A stretch of DNA of 64,000 bases from Parachlamydiales bacterium (GTDB taxonomy: Bacteria > Chlamydiota > Chlamydiia > Chlamydiales > SM23-39): assembly GCA_963800655.1 (NCBI GenBank), contig CAWDBT010000002.1:513671-577670 (forward strand). Reading direction: 5' to 3'. The stretch's first letter is position 1. Each line of letters opens with the position of its first letter. A program made the translations under genes and the position numbers. Below the pieces are notes generated by a model. The model was not told the origin of the DNA. It saw only the letters and a program-made list of their open reading frames with translations, and made no database searches. Shown piece by piece: positions 19,298 through 29,002 of this stretch.

Positions 19298-20317
19298 TTA
19301 AGATAGAAACATTCGCAGAGCCTCTTCGGCCGAAGGACGGGACTCGGGGCGATACGACATCATCCGCGAAATCAACGCCTGGATTGAAGACAAAGGATTT
19401 GCCTCCACGGCGCTTCCCTCTCGACCGGCAAAAGATCCGATCGTTTCCAGAGTCCTTGCGATGCGCGTCATAGGATTGGAGAATCCACCGGATTGATTTG
19501 GCTTAGTGCAGTCAGGCGTAACTTGCAACCCATGTATCTCAGCTAAAACACGCCCTAAAGACCATATGTCATTTTTTTCGAGAATCGAAGGCGTGACGGG
19601 ATGGCCTAGCGCTACTTCCGGAGAAAGATAAGCTGGAGTACCGCCTCCCGCTGGTTTCAAATCCTCTTCCGAGCTAACAGCTTTGGCCCATGAGCGGTCG
19701 AAGTCGCATAATGCCGTCTTCCACCCGCTTTCAGTTTTGTCGACCAAAATATTCGCCGGCTTCAAATCGCAGTGGTACGCTCCCATTTCATGCATCGCCG
19801 CAACTGTCGTCAATAACTGACGGGTAATTTCATTTTTAGCGGCTTCGGACAGGGGTTCTCCCTTTTTTAAAAGCTCGTAAAGATCCATTTGGTACAGCGT
19901 TTGAAAGCTGACGATGTCCATTTTTCCCCTAAGCCCTGTAATACAAACCGTCGCAAATATGTTGACGATTCCCGGAACCTTAGCTTCTTTGAGAACATCC
20001 ATGACTCGACGGCTATTGATACAATGCACTACTGCTGGAGGTATTTGCCCGCCGAACATCGCTGGTATTTTCAATTTTAGACGCGCAACCGGACCGATCT
20101 CCTGCCCGTTCAATACTGCAATCGAAGCCTTACAAACCTTGTTTTCCCCCTCTTTAGGAGCAAATCCTTTAAATTTTTTAAACTCCCATTGTCCCTCGTC
20201 ATTCGTATGTTTAACCACTTTACCCTCGCAAACAGCGGTTGGGAGTCTTTGTCCGATAAAATCAGCGATAGTCATATTTACCTTGTTTTTATGTTTATTT
20301 ACACAATTATTATACAA
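19298..20317 (-). CDS. Eukaryotic-type Ser/Thr protein kinase
   Basis: 'HCDLKPANILV' (catalytic loop), 'LCDFDRS' (DFG variant) and 'GGTPAYLSPE' (APE). A possible later start is 'MTIADF'. Confidence 0.85.
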   Translation of the reverse strand: MYNNCVNKHKNKVNMTIADFIGQRLPTAVCEGKVVKHTNDEGQWEFKKFKGFAPKEGENKVCKASIAVLNGQEIGPVARLKLKIPAMFGGQIPPAVVHCINSRRVMDVLKEAKVPGIVNIFATVCITGLRGKMDIVSFQTLYQMDLYELLKKGEPLSEAAKNEITRQLLTTVAAMHEMGAYHCDLKPANILVDKTESGWKTALCDFDRSWAKAVSSEEDLKPAGGGTPAYLSPEVALGHPVTPSILEKNDIWSLGRVLAEIHGLQVTPDCTKPNQSGGFSNPMTRIARTLETIGSFAGREGSAVEANPLSSIQALISRMMSYRPESRPSAEEALRMFLS

Positions 20318-20498
20318 TAAAATGCATTTTAATTATACTTGTTTTGTTTAATTCAAACAACTAATAGTAAGCGGCTTAAAAGGATGGCTGGTAAAAAAAT
20401 AATTTAATCAAAAATTTAAATTGTCGAAGCGCTTAATATCGAGATCCTCCTGCGATAAGGGTATGCCTGTAAATTCAGTTTCAGAGTTCTTTTGAGCT

Positions 20499-20589
20499 GA
20501 GAGGGTGTCTATACCGAAACTACTTCAAGAATCGGGTTTGGACTGCTTTCGCGTTGCCCAAACCCGATTCTTGAAGTAGTTTCGGTATA
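20499..20589. repeat. Hairpin MITE-like element, copy 1, abutting a 13-nt piece of the AGAGGGTGTCTA repeat
   Basis: 'gagagggtgtcta' is at 20499-20511. A 32-nt left arm 'tataccgaaactacttcaagaatcgggtttgg' (20510-20541) follows, then a 16-nt loop, then a perfectly complementary right arm (20558-20589). Confidence 0.85.
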
Positions 20590-20658
20590 CATAAATTGTG
20601 CAAGACTCGTAAAAGATTTTGGAAAGAGCTATGGTAGGTTCAAAAATTTTGATAAGAC

Positions 20659-21321
20659 ATGCATCGCTTTTGGAAATATTTCCTTTTTTTTCACCTATTC
20701 GCGGGGTCGATTTGCGCCCATGAATGGTATTCGGAATATTGGCAGCGGATGCTTTGGAATGTATGGTCGAATCCCTGCCTTTCTTTTTCCCTTTATGGAG
20801 AAATAGAAACTGGAAATCATTTTAAAGACATTCGATATTACCATATCAGCGCGCAATTCACCCACCAGTTATCAAACAGAATCTCCTTGGGATTAAATTA
20901 CACCTATATCTATTCGAGACCCCTCATCGATGAAGATGGGCCCTGGAAATGGCATCAGCGTTTAGAATTCGACCTGAACCGAATCTTTCACGTCTGGGCA
21001 AGGAACTATATCAGCACGAGAAATCGCCTTGAGGTCCGAAAAATAGAAGGGAATCCCCAGATTGGATGTCGGCTGCGCCAACGGACGATGCTAGTCATTC
21101 CAATCAAGGGTCGAGGCTGGCTGAAAGAATACGATTGCTATAATGAGATTTTCTTCGATATCCCGAAACATCGAGTTGTCCGGGATCGAATTTGTCCGAT
21201 TGATCTGACTTTTGCTTTATCGAAAACAACTGAATTAGACGTTTTTACGCTCTTGGAACTCTTCGAAGAACAAGGCATTTGGTATAAAAGTTTTATCCTT
21301 GGAAGCCAGGTCACATTTTGA
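20659..21321 (+). CDS. Small beta-barrel outer-membrane protein (DUF2490-like)
   Basis: Signal peptide 'FLFFHLFAGSICA'. Alternating strands with R-rich turns. Terminal 'GSQVTF'. The family name is tentative. Confidence 0.5.
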   Translation: MHRFWKYFLFFHLFAGSICAHEWYSEYWQRMLWNVWSNPCLSFSLYGEIETGNHFKDIRYYHISAQFTHQLSNRISLGLNYTYIYSRPLIDEDGPWKWHQRLEFDLNRIFHVWARNYISTRNRLEVRKIEGNPQIGCRLRQRTMLVIPIKGRGWLKEYDCYNEIFFDIPKHRVVRDRICPIDLTFALSKTTELDVFTLLELFEEQGIWYKSFILGSQVTF

Positions 21322-21332
21322 ATGTTTTATGT

Positions 21333-21356
21333 GCCGCTCTTTGTAGACACCCTCTC
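21333..21356. repeat. Inverted arm of the AGAGGGTGTCTACAAAGAGCGGC repeat
   Basis: 'gccgctctttgtagacaccctctc' is the reverse complement of the family consensus. It faces the partial arm at 20499-20511 across the OMP gene. Confidence 0.75.
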
Positions 21357-21507
21357 ACTGCATGAAAAACCGACTGACGTTACGCTTAATTTGATAGATC
21401 TCCCATGATTCTACATCTATCTTTTGATTCATTTTTGATACACTCATCGCGATTCGAAAATCGGTTTTTGAACTTGAGCAAAAGCTCCTTGGGATCGATG
21501 ATCGCGA

Positions 21508-21603
21508 TATACCGAAACTACTTCAAGAATCGGTTTTGGGCAACGCGAAAGCTGGTTGGCTTTGGCGCAGTCCAAACCCGATTCTTGAAGTAGTTTCGGT
21601 ATA
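21508..21603. repeat. Hairpin MITE-like element, copy 2 (inverted relative to copy 1)
   Basis: Same 32-nt arms with one mismatch. The loop 'gcaacgcgaaagc[tggttggctttggcgc]agt' is the reverse complement of the copy-1 loop plus a 16-nt insertion. Confidence 0.85.
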
Positions 21604-21609
21604 GATGCA

Positions 21610-22050
21610 TTGGATGGGGTAGAAGATATGATCTCGATTAAAGCGACAATTTTTTTTGACAAACGCTTCTGGGTTGGCACATTTGAACGAACCGATAAGG
21701 AGGGCTACGCCGTCGCAAGACATGTATTCGGAGCCGAGCCCGCCGATCCGGAAGTCTACGAATTCGTCCTTCAGCACTACCAAGAGCTAAAATTCGGGGA
21801 GTCCAGAGAATTCACATTGGAAATCAAGCGGATGAATCCGAAGAGAGTGCAAAGAGAAATTCGCCGCGAAATGGAACTCTTGAAAGAGACGACTCGCCCA
21901 TCGACTTTTGCGCAGGACTATATGCGCGAAGAACAGGAAAAGAAAAAGGTGGAAAAAAAGACCCAAAGCCGCGCTGAAAAGCAGGCTTATAAAGAAAAGC
22001 AATTCGCTCTAAAACAGCAGAAGAAGAAGGAAAAGCAGCGCGGGCATTGA
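21610..22050 (+). CDS. YjdF/DUF2992-like protein with Lys/Glu-rich tail
   Basis: 'TIFFDKRFWVGTFERTDKEGYAVARHVFGAEPADPEVYEFVLQHY' fits the DUF2992 N-terminal pattern. The likely start is 'MISIKA' at 21628. Confidence 0.55.
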   Translation: MDGVEDMISIKATIFFDKRFWVGTFERTDKEGYAVARHVFGAEPADPEVYEFVLQHYQELKFGESREFTLEIKRMNPKRVQREIRREMELLKETTRPSTFAQDYMREEQEKKKVEKKTQSRAEKQAYKEKQFALKQQKKKEKQRGH

Positions 22051-22057
22051 GTTCGAT

Positions 22058-23989
22058 TCACCGGCTAAGAACTCGAAGCGAAACACTCGATGCTTTGATG
22101 GCGGCCGACTCTTGAGGGGACCTCGGAGCTGCGGCCAGCTTTGAAGAGGACATATGGAACACATTGTGAATCCAATGGGCGCCCGCTTCCTCGATTCTTT
22201 TAAATGTCGAAGCGATCGCCTGAAAATTTGAAATCACCGTCCGTTCGAAAAAGCGAACATCTTCCGCAATCACAAGACAGCGGCGCGCCAAATGAAGCGC
22301 GGCCATGGTCGCGCGAGTCTTAAAGTCCTTTCGCTGTTCCCTTTGTTTGTGGATTTCTTTTGAACGCTCGACGAGGGAGGAATCGATCGCGTCCAATTTC
22401 TTCTCGATCTCCGCCAGCTTTCCTTCTTCGCCCGCTTTCTTTTCTTCAAGACGAGCATATTCCACTTCCAGCGAGGCGGTCTCTTCGGGGGACAGATCTT
22501 CCTTATGCCGCAGTTTTTCTCGAATGCCGGCGAGTTCTCGATCGATGGACTTTTTGTCTGCGGCGATCGTTTGAAACTCTTCCACTAGGGCTTTTCTAGA
22601 TGCTTTCAACTCCCCAACATCCAAAAGCTGGGAATTCCTCAGTATGGTAAACGAAGGGTCGACTTCCCCGTCTTTGAAAAACGATTGGCAATGGGGATGT
22701 AGAATCCGATCCCAGAAATGCGAGAAACGATATCCCTTGGAATCGGCAAAGGTAAGATACGAGGATTGCAATCGAACGCCCTCGGGACATCCCTTGGATT
22801 TTTTTGGAGAGAACTCTTCGGGCACCCTTAAAATATCGTGCCCGGCCCGTGCGACATAATCGCTTTCATGTTGCGCAAAAAACAGGCGAATGCCAAGGGC
22901 ATCTCCGGCTGCAGACGATTCGGCAAGAACTCTTTGCCATTCGTCGCATGTCTTTCGATCCAGTTTGGGAGAGGCGTAAGCATATAGATCCACTCCTTTC
23001 AACCCGGGAAGCGCGCCGTGCTTATAGGCGTCCACGATCGAAACCATCGCCCTCTGCGCATCGGCTGCCCCGAGGGAATGGCCCGCGACCCAAAGCGTTT
23101 TGCCTGCGTCGGGATCTTCCGAAATCTCGCGCTTTATTTCAGCGATGATTTGATCGGACACTTCGTCGAATGTCGAATGCCCGATTCCCCTAGGGTCTAA
23201 ATCCCTCAAAGCGCTCTGATAGTCATTGGTTCCCCGAAAAAGCAAAATGGAGGGGGTTTCCGGAGGCTGGCCGGGCATCGGGCGCAGGAAATCGGCGTTC
23301 AGGCCGTTGTGTTTGATTTGCTTGGCGATCTCGCAAAAGACGATCTCGTTTTGACCGGGCAGATAGACCGGAACGACGCGGCCTGTCAGATCCTCGTTTG
23401 GATCCAGATAGGCGATATTTCGGGCCAATGCTTCGGGACCTACATAATCCTCATAAGAGCTGTTTTGGCGTGAAGAATTCGCGATCTTTTTGACTTCGTT
23501 ATAATAAAACGCGAATCCGGCGATGCTTTCCAGATGCAGCCCGGCTTTTTGGGATTCTTCTATTAAATTTAAGGATGGATCATGGCAAATGAACGGCAGC
23601 GGATTTTCTAAACGCTCGATTGCTTCCGCCTCGGAAATGCCTGGAAACATTGCCTGGCACGCTTTGACATCATTTACTTTAATTTCATTGGCCGCATAAA
23701 CCAAAATCTCTAAAATGGCATTTCGAGAAAGAGACCCATTGGGGCCTAAATCGGAAGCAGCGGTTCGGGCCGAACTTTTGCGGGCAATCGCTTGAAAGAC
23801 CTTATCTGCGATCTCTTTTCCATAAAGCTTCTCGAGGAAGTCTCGAACCGTTCTCGTGTCGCAATGCCCCTCGGCCAATCCCTTCGCCAAAGCTTCCCGA
23901 ATTTCTTCGAGAGTTTCAGGGCGATTTTCAAGAGATGGTTCATGCCTTTGGTTTTGAAAAAAGACATCTAACAGAGTTCGACCTAACAT
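22058..23989 (-). CDS. Class-3 lipase-like alpha/beta hydrolase with C-terminal coiled coil (candidate secreted effector)
   Basis: 'ILLFRGTNDYQSALRDLDP' and the nucleophile elbow 'LWVAGHSLGAADAQ'. Heptad-rich E/K region near the C-terminus. Confidence 0.7.
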   Translation of the reverse strand: MLGRTLLDVFFQNQRHEPSLENRPETLEEIREALAKGLAEGHCDTRTVRDFLEKLYGKEIADKVFQAIARKSSARTAASDLGPNGSLSRNAILEILVYAANEIKVNDVKACQAMFPGISEAEAIERLENPLPFICHDPSLNLIEESQKAGLHLESIAGFAFYYNEVKKIANSSRQNSSYEDYVGPEALARNIAYLDPNEDLTGRVVPVYLPGQNEIVFCEIAKQIKHNGLNADFLRPMPGQPPETPSILLFRGTNDYQSALRDLDPRGIGHSTFDEVSDQIIAEIKREISEDPDAGKTLWVAGHSLGAADAQRAMVSIVDAYKHGALPGLKGVDLYAYASPKLDRKTCDEWQRVLAESSAAGDALGIRLFFAQHESDYVARAGHDILRVPEEFSPKKSKGCPEGVRLQSSYLTFADSKGYRFSHFWDRILHPHCQSFFKDGEVDPSFTILRNSQLLDVGELKASRKALVEEFQTIAADKKSIDRELAGIREKLRHKEDLSPEETASLEVEYARLEEKKAGEEGKLAEIEKKLDAIDSSLVERSKEIHKQREQRKDFKTRATMAALHLARRCLVIAEDVRFFERTVISNFQAIASTFKRIEEAGAHWIHNVFHMSSSKLAAAPRSPQESAAIKASSVSLRVLSR

Positions 23990-24274
23990 CTCCCCTCCCT
24001 CAAAAAAGAAAGAACAAAAGCAAACATTATTGATATAAAATCACAATCAAAAACTCAAAGAACGCACCTCACCGCAATTTAATTATACCACAAATAGATT
24101 AACAATTAAACAGACCCGGAAAACAATTTAAAGAATCCATCCCATCGAGATAGACGAACTGGGAGACATTACCTCTAAGAGGCTTCTAATTAAAAACTTA
24201 AGGACTAAAGATATGTTTTAACGAATTGAAATTCGAAAAAAATCAAGAGAAGAGATCGGAGAAATCCCATGGCC

Positions 24275-25690
24275 CTAAATCAGCGATGCGCCAGCAAAAC
24301 TTCCGCCGCTCGATTCCCCTCGAGTTGGATTTAACCTTGCCTCGGAGGGTACTTTGGCCAATATATCATCGCCATCTATGGTTGTTTGATCGCCGGAAAT
24401 TGATTTTTCAATGCTATTGGAATCGATTTCTCCACGAGGATCGCCGAAAGAGTTTTTAATCGAGGCCAGCCTCTCGGCAAACCTCAGGCGTAATCTCTGA
24501 GTTGAATTCCGATGGGAACTCGGAGAGGCGCTGTTGACAGGAGCGGAAAAGCGCCTTTGTCCAGTGGGTTTCGGATTGTTGACAGGATCACCGTGTTTTT
24601 CTGGAACAACAAGAGAATTTTCGGGCGGATTTGAAAAGATGGGAACGGAAGAGCGCCTTTCAACAATGCTATTGCGATTGGAAACGATCGATGAGCTGTT
24701 CGCTAACGGGGACTTCCCCTTCCAATCTTCCATGCTGGGAAATGAGGATAATTCTCTTTCATCTGAAACTCGAGTTTTCTTTTTGTCAACCGATGAGGCG
24801 CTATGAAATGCCTCGATCGTGTTTTGAATCTCCCGACGAACCTCTTTATCGGAAAAACAAAACTTGGGCTCGCCTCTTTGTAAGCTTTCATTCAATGTCA
24901 TTTGCAAATCGATCCGCAATTTTTCGATGATGTTTTCGATTTCCAAATGTCGATTGACTTGCGCAATTTCCCGAACCCATGCCGCGATCAGCTCATCTGA
25001 GAGCTCTCTTAGAGATCCTTCTTCCGATTGGATATAAATCGCTTTCGAATCCACCAAGATCGTGTTTTTCAGATTCGCTTCATTGGTCGGCGAAGGTTTG
25101 TAATCGGCGTTTTTCGTCAACCACTCCAGCACTTTCTGTTTGACGATCTTTTCGCTGATTTCGGCAGGGCCCCCTATGGAATGAATTTCTCGAATACTCG
25201 ATTTGATCGCGCGGGCCATCTTGGCCAACTCTACGCGGTTTACTGTCGGCATTTTCGAGCTGAGCATATCGATCAACAACTCTTTGGAAATTTCTTGTTT
25301 CGAAGTCGTCGAAGAAGAAAGCATATATAATTTGTGAACGGTCTTTGACACCATCTCCGATTTCGATTCCTGAGGAGACGAAATCCCGCTGTAGACCGAA
25401 TCTATGAAGAAATGAAAATCCTTGGGGGCGAGGGGCTCGCGCGGCGCTTGATCATCGAATAATTCATTGATTACACTCAAAACTTCCGGCTTTCCATGAA
25501 ATCTGGCGAGCATGGTATTTTCAAATATCTTCCAAATCTTTCGGGCTTGTTCTTTCGAAGGCATCTCCTGCGAACAGACAAAGCTATTTTTCTCTTCGTC
25601 GAAATGTACGAATTTCGTTTGAGAACTCCGACAACACCACAAATTCCACAAAAAAGGCAAAGTTAATTTTGGGTAATTACAAACCGACAT
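24275..25690 (-). CDS. Hypothetical protein with Ser-rich disordered C-terminus
   Basis: 471-aa ORF. Its codon usage looks like that of neighbouring genes. No motif recognised. Confidence 0.5.
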   Translation of the reverse strand: MSVCNYPKLTLPFLWNLWCCRSSQTKFVHFDEEKNSFVCSQEMPSKEQARKIWKIFENTMLARFHGKPEVLSVINELFDDQAPREPLAPKDFHFFIDSVYSGISSPQESKSEMVSKTVHKLYMLSSSTTSKQEISKELLIDMLSSKMPTVNRVELAKMARAIKSSIREIHSIGGPAEISEKIVKQKVLEWLTKNADYKPSPTNEANLKNTILVDSKAIYIQSEEGSLRELSDELIAAWVREIAQVNRHLEIENIIEKLRIDLQMTLNESLQRGEPKFCFSDKEVRREIQNTIEAFHSASSVDKKKTRVSDERELSSFPSMEDWKGKSPLANSSSIVSNRNSIVERRSSVPIFSNPPENSLVVPEKHGDPVNNPKPTGQRRFSAPVNSASPSSHRNSTQRLRLRFAERLASIKNSFGDPRGEIDSNSIEKSISGDQTTIDGDDILAKVPSEARLNPTRGESSGGSFAGASLI

Positions 25691-25917
25691 ATTTGATGCT
25701 CCTTGTCTTTAGATCGAATTCCACGAACCTCTTTCGACATTTTTGCCGGTCGGATTTTTGGATTTTTTGCGCACTTTTAAGACCACCCCTCCATTTAAAA
25801 AGCTTTTATATACAAAATATAAAGATTTTTTTTAAAGAAAAAGAATCTTCGATTCACGAGGGCGAGGCGAATCCGCAGCAAGGTTTGAACGCAGGAAAAC
25901 GGAATCCAAAAAACCTT

Positions 25918-26796
25918 TCAGAACTTCTTTTTGGCCAGCATGCCCCGAGCTTCGATCTTAATCCAGTCATCGGGTCCTCCGATATCGTCTGTTCCCAACC
26001 ATGCCGCCGGTCTGACGACGATTTTATCCGGATTGCGGTTCAACCAGGCCGCCCACCAGCTAAAAGTCGAATTGGAGATGATATTATGCTTGCAGAGGCT
26101 TTGAATCAGAAAATCGATGTAGTAAAACTCGCCCTCGATAAACACGACATTTTTTCCTTCCGTTGGAATTTCCTGGCGAGCAAACGCTAAGTTATCGCTT
26201 GCGACGACGAATAAAGATGACTCGGGAAAAAGCGCCATGGCTTTTTCAAAATATTCGCGATCGTACTGAATGAAATAATCGCTATCGGGCACTTCCCGCT
26301 GATAATATCGAAGATGCACGCCTACCGTATAGGGATGCTCCAAAATCCATTGGTACTTCTTTTGGACATAGGCCAAATCATGGGGATGAGGGGCGAACAA
26401 TTTCAGCAATCGCTCCCGATGATGGGCAAAATATTTTTCATTTTGGAAAAAACCATGGATCTTCATGTTTTTCTGAAATTCAATCGGTCTGTATCCAAAC
26501 GCTTGTTTATCTTTCCATTTATGCTCTATCTTATGTTTAGGCCGTTTCGGATGGCATCGGAAAAACATATGCTGGTACTCGACGAGAAACTCATCTTTTG
26601 AAAGCGAAGGAAAACACGGCTCAGCCCCATGATCCCAAGCGAGAGCGGATACAGTCGCGATTTGGAACATGCGATTGCCTAATTGCCCAGCAAAAGCTCC
26701 GATTAAAAACGGCTTATCATCCTTGGATTTTTCCGTCGCTTGAACAGGATTTAAACTCCAGCACATCAAAAGAGCAAAAGAAATCAGCCGTTTCAC
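25918..26796 (-). CDS. Glycosyltransferase family 11 (alpha-1,2-fucosyltransferase-like) with N-terminal signal/anchor
   Basis: 'GQLGNRMFQIA', 'VGVHLRYYQ' and 'ISNSTFSWWAAWLN' are the three GT11 signature blocks. Confidence 0.8.
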   Translation of the reverse strand: MKRLISFALLMCWSLNPVQATEKSKDDKPFLIGAFAGQLGNRMFQIATVSALAWDHGAEPCFPSLSKDEFLVEYQHMFFRCHPKRPKHKIEHKWKDKQAFGYRPIEFQKNMKIHGFFQNEKYFAHHRERLLKLFAPHPHDLAYVQKKYQWILEHPYTVGVHLRYYQREVPDSDYFIQYDREYFEKAMALFPESSLFVVASDNLAFARQEIPTEGKNVVFIEGEFYYIDFLIQSLCKHNIISNSTFSWWAAWLNRNPDKIVVRPAAWLGTDDIGGPDDWIKIEARGMLAKKKF

Positions 26797-27038
26797 AACA
26801 CCTCTTTGAGTTCGAAAAAAGAGTGCCGATTATCGGATTCTGAATCGGGCGGTGTCAACATTTTTTCATGGGAATTCGCTGGCGCTTTACTATGTATGGC
26901 GTTAAACTAACGGATATTTCAGGAGTCCTTGCGAAAATTTGCAAAAACTGCGAAAAAGCGAACCGGATTGCGCTCGCAAGGCAAACCAGCTATCTTATTT
27001 GCCTGGAAAATCCATAAACCCCTTGAATCGCGGCCTCG

Positions 27039-27470
27039 ATGACTTCGCGCTACTCCCTTGAAATAGAAGAGTCCATCCGCCCGGACGACGAAGCTCTCCT
27101 ATTCAAAAAAATCAACGAAGAGGCGGCGCGATCCAAAGGGATGAATCCCATCCGCACCTTTTCCATCTTCATTAAGGATGCGGATCAGTCCGTTTGGGGC
27201 GGCGCAACCGGTTTCACCTACTACGGATGCCTCTATACGGATATGCTTTGGGTCGATGATGGTTTGAGAAACCAGGGATGGGGTTCTAAAATCATGAAAA
27301 AGGCGGAAACTATAGCTTTGCAAAGGGGCTGTTCGTTCGCATGCGTTCAGACGATGGATTGGGAAGCGTTGCCTTTTTATCAAAAGCTCGGATATCAGAT
27401 CGAATTCATCCGAGAAGGATATGAAAAAAATTCCAAACTGTTCATGTTGCGAAAAAGCCTTTCTCCCTGA
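27039..27470 (+). CDS. GNAT family acetyltransferase
   Basis: 143 aa. 'LWVDDGLRNQGWGSKIMKKAE' is a Q/RxxGxG/A acetyl-CoA loop. Confidence 0.75.
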   Translation: MTSRYSLEIEESIRPDDEALLFKKINEEAARSKGMNPIRTFSIFIKDADQSVWGGATGFTYYGCLYTDMLWVDDGLRNQGWGSKIMKKAETIALQRGCSFACVQTMDWEALPFYQKLGYQIEFIREGYEKNSKLFMLRKSLSP

Positions 27471-27493
27471 GCTTATCCGCAGAAGGATTTTCG

Positions 27494-28111
27494 ATGGATC
27501 TGGAAATCAAAACTCAAAGACTGATTCTCCGCTCTTGGCGCAAGGAAGATTATAAGCCTTTCTTCGCTCTTAATTCAGATCCGCGCGTCATGGAATATTT
27601 TCCCTCTCTTTTAACAGAAAAAGAAAGCGATGCCCTGGCTCAAAAAATAACGGACAAAATCGAGCAGCAGGGATGGGGGTTCTGGGCCGCATCGATTCCG
27701 GGAATCACGGATTTCATCGGATTTATCGGCCTCAACCCCATCGATGAAGCGACGTCCCTCCCTTTTGCTCCGGCCGTAGAAATCGGCTGGAGGCTTGCCT
27801 TCGAGTATTGGGGGCAAGGGTATGCGACCGAGGGAGCCGAAGCTTGCCTTGAATACGGATTTCTATGCCTCGACTTGCCGGAAATCGTTTCATTCACGGC
27901 GATTCAAAATCGACGCTCGCGAGCTGTGATGGAACGCCTTGGGATGAAACAGGACGGCGAATTCGATCATCCCGGCTTGCCCGAGGGCCATCCCCTAAAA
28001 CGCCACGTTCTCTATCGCCTCAGTCGAGAGGCTTGGGAATATTTGCGCAAAAAAAAACCGACTCCCCCAAAGGGAATCGGCTCGACTGCGAGGCGCTCTA
28101 GATCGCTCTAG
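27494..28111 (+). CDS. GNAT family N-acetyltransferase (RimJ/RimL-like); core paralogue of 7217-7858
   Basis: 'TQRLILRSW...DPRVMEYF...WGQGYATEGAEACLEYGF...RHVLYRL' is collinear with the island copy. Confidence 0.8.
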   Translation: MDLEIKTQRLILRSWRKEDYKPFFALNSDPRVMEYFPSLLTEKESDALAQKITDKIEQQGWGFWAASIPGITDFIGFIGLNPIDEATSLPFAPAVEIGWRLAFEYWGQGYATEGAEACLEYGFLCLDLPEIVSFTAIQNRRSRAVMERLGMKQDGEFDHPGLPEGHPLKRHVLYRLSREAWEYLRKKKPTPPKGIGSTARRSRSL

Positions 28112-28641
28112 AATCCCATCCCGTAGCTGATTGTGACGAGAGGAAACGGGAAAACCTTATATTGATGATGTCTGAGAAAACTGAGAGTCGGGATGCTCAC
28201 CTGAGCTTGGATAAATCGAAGATCGCCGCTTTGATTGCGGTACTGCTCTCCGAATACAAATTCAGGAGAAATTGAAAACACGGCTCTCTTACAACCAATA
28301 AACACCGCGCTAGGACCAACCCCACCTCCAAAATACAATTGGGACGAAGGATTTGGTTTCGGGTAATAGTGGAAGAGCATGTTCGCCTTGAGTGCATTCA
28401 CACAAATAATCGAGGTCAATTGAACCGACACGTCTGTTCCAAAATGATCGGACTGCGCCCGATAGCCCACGCCAAATGAAGGAAATGGGATCGGCATCGG
28501 TCCTGCCCCAAAGGAAAAATATCCCATGCTTTGATGGACGGGTTCTTTCGAATTTGCAATGAGTCGATTCTGATCTGCGGGTTCATTTGCGCATACAGCT
28601 CCAAAAACCGCGACGCATAGCGCTAGAATTTTCTTTTTCAT
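28108..28641 (-). CDS. Small beta-barrel outer-membrane protein
   Basis: Signal peptide 'MKKKILALCVAVFGAVCA'. Gly/aromatic-rich strands. Terminal 'SYGMGF'. Confidence 0.6.
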   Translation of the reverse strand: MKKKILALCVAVFGAVCANEPADQNRLIANSKEPVHQSMGYFSFGAGPMPIPFPSFGVGYRAQSDHFGTDVSVQLTSIICVNALKANMLFHYYPKPNPSSQLYFGGGVGPSAVFIGCKRAVFSISPEFVFGEQYRNQSGDLRFIQAQVSIPTLSFLRHHQYKVFPFPLVTISYGMGF

Positions 28642-29002
28642 TTACACTCTCCAATTTTTTAAAGAGAGCATCGATATTACGAAAAAAGAAAAGATAACCG
28701 AAACTAAAAAACAATGTTTGATATAAAAACAAAATTTTAATTAATCGCAATCTAACTCGAAAATACCGCTGGAATTGAGATCTCCTCAATTTAGAGAGCC
28801 TCTTACTTTGGGATAGGCCTGCGCGAAGTTGCATTTGCGATATTTTGCACAGCGAGGCAAAATGCCAACCCGCTGTTAAATACGAAACAAAGAGCGCGGG
28901 CTTGCGACCCGAGCGAGAAATTCATTCTTGAAAAAGAAAGATTTCAAGGCCGGATGTCTCCTATTTGACCAGCAGGTTAGGAACTTGAAAGAAGGGTGAT
29001 AC

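Noticed and set aside
20659-21321. Whether the repeat-flanked 220-aa ORF is a transposase
   Set aside because: It has a signal peptide, beta-strand periodicity and a C-terminal Phe like an outer-membrane barrel. It has no DDE, HUH or recombinase motifs.
21405-21783. Three short ORFs (62-86 aa) overlapping the hairpin repeat
   Set aside because: They run through the arms of a palindromic non-coding element on both strands and have no RBS or motif.
22270-22860. Cluster of 62-89-aa ORFs on both strands
   Set aside because: All lie within the coiled-coil-encoding part of the lipase-like gene, where repetitive GAA/AAG-rich codons keep several frames open.
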